A stretch of 64,000 nucleotides of DNA from Desulfobacterales bacterium (GTDB lineage Bacteria; Desulfobacterota; Desulfobacteria; Desulfobacterales; UBA5852), in contig CAXXVS010000002.1 in NCBI GenBank assembly GCA_963674755.2, positions 992,001 through 1,056,000 of the forward strand. Direction: 5' to 3'. Made by a program: the position numbers and the translations under genes. Below are positions 30,538 through 39,118 of this stretch, piece by piece. The notes beneath the pieces are model-generated. The model saw only the letters and a program-made list of their open reading frames with translations. It made no database searches and was not told where the DNA came from. The number at the start of each line of letters is the position of its first letter. The stretch's first letter is position 1.

Positions 30538-32182
30538 CGTCATCTTCAAACTCATCCTCATAGCTGGAAGTTTTCTTCTTATGTTTCATATAAAAATAAT
30601 ATTTTTTGATTTTACCTATAATTTTTTCATCATCAAATTCATTTCGAACTAAATGGGAATGGATCTTGTGTGTACTCCAGAAAATATAATAATCTTCCTT
30701 AAAAACAGGAGACCTTAATTCATCATAAATTATAAACGTCAAAGTATTTCTAAAAAGTTTTTCTTGGCTGTATGTAGAGAGTCTTTGTAAAATATTATTC
30801 TTTATGAATACAATTTCGATTCCATCACTGGTGTCGGTATTGATTTTTTCTAATAAATCTTTGCACTCTAATATGTTATTACAATAAAATGGATTCCGAT
30901 CCAACCCAACTTTTCTCTCTTCTTTTTTATCTACAACAAAATTATGCAATATAAAAAATATTTTACGGTCAATTTTATCAATGGTATAGATAGCAATTTT
31001 GTTTGGTATTTTTACAATAAAATTATTCTTATATAGATCAGTATTTTTATTTTTTTCAATGTATATTCGCTCACCTTTTACCAATTTAATCTGTTCATAA
31101 TAGCCCAGAGCATTGGTCATATCAAGGTGATATTGTCGAACAATTTGGGGATAAAATCGACTGACACTTGTTAATGCTCTACCTACTGAAACAACTCCAT
31201 GCATTGCAACTCTTAGAGAAACTATATATGCAAGTAATAGCCCCCAATTTTGATCTTTCCCATAAATTAAGCGATAGCCGACAATGAGTACTGATAGAGA
31301 AAGCACAAGCGCTGTCCCTATTTGATTAATTAATGTGCTTTCTTCTAGCACTTTCACTCTACCACTAAAGCCATTAATTGAATGTTTAAGTTCTGTTTTT
31401 AAAAAGAAGTTTTTAACTAAATTTTTCTTATCCTTTTTAGTGTGTTTGACATTGAACAAAGAGTCAATAAAATCATTTAGAATTTTATTAGACCTGCCGG
31501 CATAATCTTCAAACAACTTTCCGTAATTTGCGCCTCTTATATTAGATGGGTATTGACAAATAAAAACAAAAACAACCACAATTAATAATGTAACCGTTAA
31601 AACTGGGTCAATAATTATTAACGAAGCAGCACCACCAATTGCGCTCATAAGCTCAGGGATTGAATATCCAAATATTCTGACAAGCATCCCAATTCGCCGA
31701 GCGTCACTCAAAATCCTTTTGTATTCGCCCTTGATAAAATTCTTGTTAATATCCTTTGTCTTATAATTGGGCAGATTGCTAAGAGCACATACCGCTTCAT
31801 TTGCAATTCGCATTTCGAGCTCTTTAGCCAGAGAAATAGAAATAATTTTGGTAAGATATTGAAATACAGAAGCCGACGAGAACAAAAGAAATGTTGCGAT
31901 GATTATGAACCACATTAACAAAATAGATTGCCTAGCAATTAATTCATAATTTAAAAATGATAGTTTCCCTTCGCTTTTCAAGGCATTTGCGTAAAAGTAT
32001 ATAATAGTAACAGCAGATGCTTGGCATGATAATCGCAGTCCGCCAAAAATTATTATTAACAAGGGTTTCTTGAAAAAATTCTTTAAAAAGGCCTTCTTGA
32101 GAATCCACTTAACGACTTCTACATAGTTTTTGCCCTGGTTGTAATATCGACGAATAAATTGGTATATATCGAAGTCAGTCAT
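30527..32182 (-). CDS. ABC-exporter transmembrane-domain protein with degenerate ATPase domain
   Basis: six-TM MsbA/PglK-like pattern (DARRI, IDPVLT, WGLLLAYIVSLR); no Walker A or LSGGQ in the C-terminal part. Confidence 0.6.
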   Translation of the reverse strand: MTDFDIYQFIRRYYNQGKNYVEVVKWILKKAFLKNFFKKPLLIIIFGGLRLSCQASAVTIIYFYANALKSEGKLSFLNYELIARQSILLMWFIIIATFLLFSSASVFQYLTKIISISLAKELEMRIANEAVCALSNLPNYKTKDINKNFIKGEYKRILSDARRIGMLVRIFGYSIPELMSAIGGAASLIIIDPVLTVTLLIVVVFVFICQYPSNIRGANYGKLFEDYAGRSNKILNDFIDSLFNVKHTKKDKKNLVKNFFLKTELKHSINGFSGRVKVLEESTLINQIGTALVLSLSVLIVGYRLIYGKDQNWGLLLAYIVSLRVAMHGVVSVGRALTSVSRFYPQIVRQYHLDMTNALGYYEQIKLVKGERIYIEKNKNTDLYKNNFIVKIPNKIAIYTIDKIDRKIFFILHNFVVDKKEERKVGLDRNPFYCNNILECKDLLEKINTDTSDGIEIVFIKNNILQRLSTYSQEKLFRNTLTFIIYDELRSPVFKEDYYIFWSTHKIHSHLVRNEFDDEKIIGKIKKYYFYMKHKKKTSSYEDEFEDDDDV

Positions 32183-32184
32183 AC

Positions 32185-33567
32185 TTAACGAATCAAATCT
32201 TCCCAAATGTCAGCCACCTTATCAGTTTTATAACCGTTAATAAGATCTCTATGCCTTTTTCCCATTAAAAGGCGCTTCTTATCGTTAATTGCCATATCGT
32301 ATATATTATTAGCTAACTCAGAAACGTTACCGTTTTTAAAAATCAGTCCATTGTATTCATGCTTAATCAGTTCAAGTGGGCCAGGAGAAGCGTTGCTAAC
32401 AATTGCGGGGATACCAAAACACATTGCTTCCAGTAAAACATTAGGGGTGCCTTCATATTTTGATGTAAGAGAATAAATAGAAGCTATTCTGAAATAGGGT
32501 GCTAGATTTTTTTTGTATCCAGTGAAAAAAACTTTGTTCTCTAAATATAAATCTTTAGTAAGTATCTCCAGCTCAGATTTCTGTGGCCCATCTCCAATTA
32601 TATAGATTTTCCAATCTGGTAAGTTTTGGTGAATTTGTGAAAAAGCCTTAATAAGCAGGTCAATACATTTTTGTTCAACTAAACGACCAACTGACAAAAT
32701 TATTTTTTTTCTATGACATTCTAAATCACATTCGATATTGAATGTTAATGGATTTGGAACAAAGAATAGATTTTTTTTTGGCACAAAATTTGTTAATGCT
32801 TCTATTGCGCCACAGCTATTAGCAGTGACGATATCTGCATATTTATACAGTTTTTTTCTCAGAAATTCCCAAGGTTCATCTAACGACTGTCGACTAGGGT
32901 CATTTCGTTCCGAAATTATTACCTTACTATTTTTTATCCCATGACATGCAATGATAGTTTTTATATTAGTCGCGCCTAGAAAGCTGATTATACATTGATG
33001 TTCAGTATTACGAACCAAGTTTCTAATCCTACGTATTCTCCGATAATCTCCCATAAATATTAGAAAATATATTTTACTGCAAATTTTTAAAACAAAATCG
33101 TCAGAAATATTAAATACCAAAATAATTTTTCGTGCTATATTTACTCCTATATTTTTATATATATATTTTAATACTTTATTTTTTAAAATATATAAAACAA
33201 AAATTGGTAATAGAAAACATTTCCGAATGAATTTCAAAGTAATGTATCGAGATAACAGATGGGTCTCACTGGGAGGTTTAAATGTATCTTTCCTATGCAA
33301 TTTTAAATTCGTAAATAGTTTAGTTATTTTTTCATTTGATTTTATTATATCTCGTATAATAGACATATTCTGATTATTATCAATAACAATTCTATCTATT
33401 TCTTTTCGTAATTTAAATATATCTGGTTTATCTCGAATTAAAGTGATCAAACAAATTTTTTTATTTTTTTTTTCTGCCCAATAATTTAATAAGTTTGCTG
33501 TTACACGTTGTGAACCTCCTTTACCCATATGCGCTATGAAGAATAAAATATCATACTTTTTTTTCAT
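32185..33567 (-). CDS. glycosyltransferase family 4 (PglH/AmsD-like) with ~100-aa insertion
   Basis: GGSQRV, ISERN, VPNP, VGRLVEQK, SKYEGTPNVLLEAM; start moved to MKKKYD. Confidence 0.88.
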   Translation of the reverse strand: MKKKYDILFFIAHMGKGGSQRVTANLLNYWAEKKNKKICLITLIRDKPDIFKLRKEIDRIVIDNNQNMSIIRDIIKSNEKITKLFTNLKLHRKDTFKPPSETHLLSRYITLKFIRKCFLLPIFVLYILKNKVLKYIYKNIGVNIARKIILVFNISDDFVLKICSKIYFLIFMGDYRRIRRIRNLVRNTEHQCIISFLGATNIKTIIACHGIKNSKVIISERNDPSRQSLDEPWEFLRKKLYKYADIVTANSCGAIEALTNFVPKKNLFFVPNPLTFNIECDLECHRKKIILSVGRLVEQKCIDLLIKAFSQIHQNLPDWKIYIIGDGPQKSELEILTKDLYLENKVFFTGYKKNLAPYFRIASIYSLTSKYEGTPNVLLEAMCFGIPAIVSNASPGPLELIKHEYNGLIFKNGNVSELANNIYDMAINDKKRLLMGKRHRDLINGYKTDKVADIWEDLIR

Positions 33568-33665
33568 ACAAATACACCTCTGAATTTGAATTCCCAGTTG
33601 CTTCAATGGGGATGAATATGAATAATAAGGCCGTTGCAAGGTGCGTGGCTGACGCTTGATAAATC

Positions 33666-34589
33666 TTATGATATGTTGTAGTTTTTTAACCTTCCGATGC
33701 AAAATACATGCTGAGTAGTAAGGTCTCTTTTAGAATATTTATCATATTTTTTAAGAATTTCATTTGTTAATCTATTAACGCCTTCTTTATCTTTTGAACA
33801 AATTTCATTCCACATTTCTATATCAAAATATTTATTGGTTAATTCAAATAATTGATCAATTTTAATTTTATTCAATTTCATTGAAAGCTTATCGTCGTAA
33901 GTGTTTGCAAACCTTAAATGTCCCCAATCGATATATTCAAGCTGTTTTTTATCATTAAGATTAATATCGTTAATTGTCTTTGGCATTTGATGATGTCCAT
34001 TCCAACAAAAGTAGTTATGATGATTATATAGAATTTTACCATCTTCTTTTAATCTGTTTGTTATACCTTCAAAAACTTGTTCTAAATTGTGAAGATGCTC
34101 AGTTACATTATGTAAAATTGCTATATCAAATTTTTTATTTGGTGCAATATCTTCAAAAATACCTTCGATAAATTGCACTGTTGGAAACTGATTCATTATG
34201 TCATTTGGAGTCCACCCAAATTTTTCAAATTTTCTTTTTCGTAAATTTTTTCCTCTGTCATCATAATAATTAATTTTTGGATCTAAGCCAGTATAGCTTT
34301 TAACCCCATAAACATAATATCCAATGGAGTGTAATCCCGTGCCGCATCCCACATCCAAAACATCTTTTTCGACGATATGATACGATATTTTTTTAGGCCA
34401 CGCTAAATAACCAAATTTAAGTGCTCTTTTTATGATTTCTAATTGATTTTTTGATTCATTATTAATTTTTAAAGTTCCAATTTCTATCCGATCACGCAAT
34501 TCGTTTTCGAAAGGTAAAAGTATCTTATTAAGTATAGTAATCCGTTTCATAAATTTTAAAATAGATTTTAAATCTTTTACAGGTACCAT
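33666..34589 (-). CDS. class I SAM-dependent methyltransferase
   Basis: VLDVGCGTG, FDI..NVTEHL, LKEDGK, WNGHH. Confidence 0.88.
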   Translation of the reverse strand: MVPVKDLKSILKFMKRITILNKILLPFENELRDRIEIGTLKINNESKNQLEIIKRALKFGYLAWPKKISYHIVEKDVLDVGCGTGLHSIGYYVYGVKSYTGLDPKINYYDDRGKNLRKRKFEKFGWTPNDIMNQFPTVQFIEGIFEDIAPNKKFDIAILHNVTEHLHNLEQVFEGITNRLKEDGKILYNHHNYFCWNGHHQMPKTINDINLNDKKQLEYIDWGHLRFANTYDDKLSMKLNKIKIDQLFELTNKYFDIEMWNEICSKDKEGVNRLTNEILKKYDKYSKRDLTTQHVFCIGRLKNYNIS

Positions 34590-34702
34590 AATTCTATTCT
34601 AAACCCTCCATGCTCAAATCAAAATTCTTAATTGTGCGATATTTTATTAATAAAACAGATAGTTTTTCCATTTGGATTGTACCTGTTTAGATATGAGTAT
34701 TC

Positions 34703-35380
34703 TCATGATAAATATCCATAACGTAGAAGTCCTGAATACTCGACTTGAATTACTTTATGTTTTAATTCATTGTCCCATGTGATTGGAATTTTTGGTTTAG
34801 GACTGACTCCGACTCTTTTATAATTAAATATTAAATCCTTATTGCATTTAATTTGCATTCTATTTAGAATATCCACCAAATCATTTCTTAGATTTTCCTG
34901 CCGCCCGATGTAACTTATCTCTCTTTTTGTATAAAATCCATACAGATGTGAAACATATCCTGGGTAGGTCTTCAAAACATTCTTTAAAAATTGGTTAAAA
35001 TTATTGCTTCCTGCGCCGTTTATCAATGAATTAGGATGCCAATCAAAATCACCTACTCTGCTTGGCCAATCTCGCCATTCTCTTTTTGGTTGTGACATGT
35101 ATTTAAACCAAGATTCATACCATTTTAAAGGATGCCTTACAAAACAAAAAATAAAAGGGTATTGATATTCTTTACTGGATTTAAAATTAAACTTTTTTTT
35201 GAGAAAATCTGAAAAAGATAGATTTATAGCGCGATCGTATAACACGCGATCAACATCTGCGTGTTTATGTCCAATTTCTTTGTCAACCAAATCGAGCTTC
35301 GTTAAAATTTCTCTCACCCAATTGCCGCCTGTTTTGGGTATGTGTAAAAAGATTGACCCATTTTTTAATAGAAGTGCCAT
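34703..35380 (-). CDS. sulfotransferase family 2 protein
   Basis: IFLHIPKTGG, FCFVRHP..WYES, IGRQENL..DL; GAGG RBS. Confidence 0.82.
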   Translation of the reverse strand: MALLLKNGSIFLHIPKTGGNWVREILTKLDLVDKEIGHKHADVDRVLYDRAINLSFSDFLKKKFNFKSSKEYQYPFIFCFVRHPLKWYESWFKYMSQPKREWRDWPSRVGDFDWHPNSLINGAGSNNFNQFLKNVLKTYPGYVSHLYGFYTKREISYIGRQENLRNDLVDILNRMQIKCNKDLIFNYKRVGVSPKPKIPITWDNELKHKVIQVEYSGLLRYGYLS

Positions 35381-35384
35381 ACAC

Positions 35385-36173
35385 TTACCTCTTTTCAGCA
35401 ATTACGAGTAGCATATGAGAACAAATATGTTTTGATATTTTATCGATTCTTTTACCCCACAACCTATAACTTACCGAGTCACTTCGTTTTTCCAAAGGGT
35501 TTTTTAAAAATTTCAAAAATGGTAACTCATTTTTAATAAAAACATGGCTATGATGGGGGAATGTTGATTGAATCTCAAATCCAATTTTATTTAATATATT
35601 GGCAATATGACTTAAAGAAAACGCGTATTGATAAAATACATAATCGTTTTTATATTTATATCTATTGATGAATTTTACTATAGGGGATTTCATTCTTCTG
35701 ATAAGATTATAGTATGGAAAAGTTAGAAAAATAGTACCACCACGATTGAGCACACGTTTTGCTTCTTCCAATGATCTATCTGGGCCTTCCTCAAAGTGTT
35801 CTATAACGCCTAATGATATTAGAAGATTTACACAATTATCTGGCAAAGGGATTCCATTAATATCGCTAATAATAAGATTTAATATCGGATATTGGTGTTT
35901 GCAATTCAAAATTGCTTTTTCAGAAATATCGACCCCTAAAACATTCTTACCCATTTCATTAATAGTATATACAAATTGTCCCATACCGCATCCAGCCTCA
36001 AGAATTAAGGCATTATTTGCGATATTATTTGTTAATTTTTCCAGGATTGGCCACCAAGCTTTCTTTTTTGAATTTATAATTTGTTTTAATAAATTACGAT
36101 TTGACCATTGTTCTTCCCAATGATCTTTATGCGACTTTTTGGGCATCAAATATGTGTATTTAGAGGATAACAT
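35385..36173 (-). CDS. class I SAM-dependent methyltransferase
   Basis: ILEAGCGMG, GVDIS, SLGVIEHF, RVLNRGG; ORF extension to 36356 runs into the IS remnant and is unlikely real. Confidence 0.88.
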   Translation of the reverse strand: MLSSKYTYLMPKKSHKDHWEEQWSNRNLLKQIINSKKKAWWPILEKLTNNIANNALILEAGCGMGQFVYTINEMGKNVLGVDISEKAILNCKHQYPILNLIISDINGIPLPDNCVNLLISLGVIEHFEEGPDRSLEEAKRVLNRGGTIFLTFPYYNLIRRMKSPIVKFINRYKYKNDYVFYQYAFSLSHIANILNKIGFEIQSTFPHHSHVFIKNELPFLKFLKNPLEKRSDSVSYRLWGKRIDKISKHICSHMLLVIAEKR

Positions 36174-36219
36174 ACTTAGAATCCTTATAAAATTAAAAGT
36201 TGAATTCCCTGTTGTTTGA

Positions 36220-36344
36220 AGCGAGGATGGATCAGAAATCAGATCACCCACAGTGGTGGATGCAATCATGGAAAACGCGCTGCAGTGCGTCGGCTTGTCA
36301 AAGAACAAATTGGTGATCGCTAAATCCTGATCCCGAAAGTTGAG
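36220..36344 (+). mobile_element. IS right-end remnant (transposase 3' fragment plus terminal repeat)
   Basis: GC-richer patch reading SEDGSEIRSPTVVDAIMENALQCVGLSKNKLVIAKS* with stop abutting ATCCCGAAAGTTGAG, the same repeat that bounds the adjacent MITE. Confidence 0.5.
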
Positions 36345-36351
36345 GATATAA

Positions 36352-36512
36352 CTCAACTCTCGGGATTCAGTTTGAGCCTTTTAAAATCAACGGGTTACGC
36401 GCTTAAAATTATGTATTTTGTGTAATTTGAAATGGTACTCTTAGCTCTTTTATAAGCATAACATACTGTAATTATATAAGAATAAATCTTTTGGTGAATC
36501 CCGAAAGTTGAG
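36352..36512. mobile_element. MITE-like element, 161 bp, 18-bp terminal inverted repeats
   Basis: CTCAACTCTCGGGATTCA (36352-36369) vs TGAATCCCGAAAGTTGAG (36495-36512), one mismatch; flanks ATATAA/TTATAA; internal IHF-like AATCAACGGGTTA. Confidence 0.75.
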
Positions 36513-36519
36513 TTATAAG

Positions 36520-38400
36520 CTACATATTAGCTTCAGTTTCAAGAATAGGGAACAATTTTCGCCCAACAAGTTCTGATCCTTCCCGAGTCAAATGATGCGC
36601 ATCCCATTGTAGTGGGACATCGTTCATTGTTAATGGGCAATCCAAACCATTACACATTAGTTGGATTATCGATATGTATTTTGCGCCACTCATGTCTATT
36701 GTTCCGTCTCTCATTTCGTGATCGATCAAAATAGTTTTTTGATCAAAATATTCTTTTGATTTAGTAGCTTTGCCATCGAATATATTTTTAATAAGTATCT
36801 CAGGCAATGGTTTATTGTATTTAATTGGGGGACCTAATACTATTACTTTTATTCCTTCTGAAACTAATGTTTTGATTGTCTGTTCCAGAAAGGGTTTATA
36901 ATATTTAGAATGGCTGCGCCATTGTCCAGTTAGAACTACCAGCGAAGGGGGGTGTTCGACGATATAAGCATGAACGGCGTTGTTTCTCTCTTTACAATAA
37001 GGGCGTGATATCTTTTGGGGATCTAAATCCAGGGCCGCGGGGCATCCGCCAGCACAAGCCTGTATAATATCAAAATCTGTACCTTGTGCGGCCAATTTCA
37101 ATCCATGTACATAGTGGGCACCGACACTATCACCCCATATTAAAATACTCCGCTTTCCGGGTTTAGGAATTAAACACTCGGAAATTGGAAATTCATTCCA
37201 ATTGGCTTCTGAAAAACACTCTCCCCCGTAAATATATTTCCGATCTTCGTAGTCCGAATATTTCGCCAGTTTAATAGCATTTTGAGGCAAACGAAACATC
37301 ATTCCTTCCGTATCAATTGAAATAATTCCAAAACTTAATATAATTATTATTGTAACGCATCCTGCTATTGCCTTGTTTTTTAACTTTGCATTGGGCGTTT
37401 TCCGAAAAGGCTGTTCTATATATCGATAGGATATATATGAAATAACTATCAAGAAAATAAAACACCAAAAATATGTTCCTTTAGAAACTTTTTCGCTAAT
37501 AAGTATTACTGCAATCGGCCAATGCCATAAATACATTGAATAAGATATTTTGCCTACTCCAACCATAAACTTGTTAGTCAGCAGAGCTCTACAAATGAAT
37601 GGCGCATTTGTCCCTCCTAAAATAATAAACCCGGCTCCTACAGTAGGCGGTACAGCAGTAAAACCCGGGAATAGAATTTCTGAATTATATGTAAAAATTG
37701 AATATAGAATAAGACCCAATCCAATAGTTACGTATGCTAAAGAAATATTTTTTTTCTTAGAAATTAGGCCTGGAATAAGCACAATGATTGCTCCAAGCAA
37801 TAATTCCCACGCTCGAGTTGGAAGAATATAAAAAGTTAATTGACGGTTGTAATTAATAAGCATAATACTAGCTATTAAGGAGAGTACAAATATAAAAACA
37901 GTAGTAAAAGTGATAACTCTCTTTTTAAACTTTGAAATGAGTAATAGAAATATTGGGAAAAGTAAGTAAAATTGTTCTTCAATAGATAGCGACCACATAT
38001 GTAACAAATGCAAATCATGTGCATCTGGCCCGAAATAATCTAATTCAGATAAGAAAAAAAAGTTTGAAACAAATAGAATCGTTGAAATAATACTTTTTGA
38101 AAGAAGGATTAACTTATCAGGGAGTAATTTAAAAAAACCATAAACAGAAAGTAGTATGAGGACAGGCAAAAATGCTGGAATTATTCTTTTTGCACGCCTT
38201 AGATAAAAATTTTTGAATGTAAATTTATTCTGTTCGATTTCACTTTTTATAATGCTAGTAATTAAGAAGCCTGATATAACAAAGAAAATATCGACACCTA
38301 CAAATCCCCCGTCGAACCCCTTAACCCTAAAATGAAAAAGCACGATGGGCAAAACGGCGATTGCTCTTAGTCCATCTATATCAGGCCTATATTTTATCAT
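36520..38400 (-). CDS. OafA/YrhL-family O-acyltransferase (AT3 + SGNH domain)
   Basis: YRPDIDGLRAIAV, GVDIFFVISGFLIT, HMWSLSIEEQFY, ISYSMYLWHWP, WGDS, DAHHLT. Confidence 0.95.
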   Translation of the reverse strand: MIKYRPDIDGLRAIAVLPIVLFHFRVKGFDGGFVGVDIFFVISGFLITSIIKSEIEQNKFTFKNFYLRRAKRIIPAFLPVLILLSVYGFFKLLPDKLILLSKSIISTILFVSNFFFLSELDYFGPDAHDLHLLHMWSLSIEEQFYLLFPIFLLLISKFKKRVITFTTVFIFVLSLIASIMLINYNRQLTFYILPTRAWELLLGAIIVLIPGLISKKKNISLAYVTIGLGLILYSIFTYNSEILFPGFTAVPPTVGAGFIILGGTNAPFICRALLTNKFMVGVGKISYSMYLWHWPIAVILISEKVSKGTYFWCFIFLIVISYISYRYIEQPFRKTPNAKLKNKAIAGCVTIIIILSFGIISIDTEGMMFRLPQNAIKLAKYSDYEDRKYIYGGECFSEANWNEFPISECLIPKPGKRSILIWGDSVGAHYVHGLKLAAQGTDFDIIQACAGGCPAALDLDPQKISRPYCKERNNAVHAYIVEHPPSLVVLTGQWRSHSKYYKPFLEQTIKTLVSEGIKVIVLGPPIKYNKPLPEILIKNIFDGKATKSKEYFDQKTILIDHEMRDGTIDMSGAKYISIIQLMCNGLDCPLTMNDVPLQWDAHHLTREGSELVGRKLFPILETEANM

Positions 38401-38496
38401 TTGGCAAAAATGAGCCTTTCTGTAAAACTCAAGACAAAATCTTGTAAACCGTTTACATTATCTCAGATGTTGCAGTAGTAATTTAGGATTGTGTAA

Positions 38497-38595
38497 AGAA
38501 TCCGCGCTAAAAGGAGGCGGCCCCTGCCCCTGCAGCATTCGAGAGGCATCCGGATCGGCTTAAGAACAAAGAACCAATCCTTTGTACCCTATACA
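38497..38595 (+). pseudogene. possible decayed IS3/IS481-type transposase C-terminal fragment
   Basis: RIRAKRRRPL then, after a frameshift, AAFERHPDRLKNKEP; resembles the AY..HPERF..P tail of such transposases. Confidence 0.3.
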
Positions 38596-39118
38596 TCAAG
38601 ATTTAAGGGGAAAAAAGGAATTTAATCGTCAACGGCAGGAGAATGAATTAAATTGAGATTAGAGAATTTTTCAGGCCTCAAAAATCAAGGCGTTCATGAA
38701 TCGAATGGGGTTCACAGTGAGGAAATAAATGGCTTTATCGTTTCCCTGCTTCAAAAAGCATTGGAAAGATCTTCATGCGCATCGTTCAACAAGTAGTTCA
38801 TGCCACCAAGATCACTTGATAAGACATCAAGTGGGATATGGACCCGCTCTCGGAACATTTCTTTACTTGAGCTTTCCAGAGAACCGCTAAAATTATAGCT
38901 GCACAAGTTGAGTTTGTTGTAGAAATTTCCCTTAAGCATAAAATCGATAATTGCGCATAATGAAGGTCACTCTTTCATTATGATTTGGAGAGCTTGATAT
39001 AGTTGATCTTATACGTAACTATCCTGCGTTTCAGTCAGCACTGTGAAGCGCATCACCCAGGCCCTATAGTGTAAGTGCGCCAATCTCGGCAAGTTGAAAG
39101 AAATCCTAACAAAAATTT

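Noticed and set aside
38751..38939. 62-aa ORF in the intergenic debris
   Set aside because: No RBS or recognisable motif; cannot be supported as a gene.
38946..38982. chromosomal dif site
   Set aside because: Only the XerC-like half matches; no TTATGTTAAAT XerD arm at 6-bp spacing.
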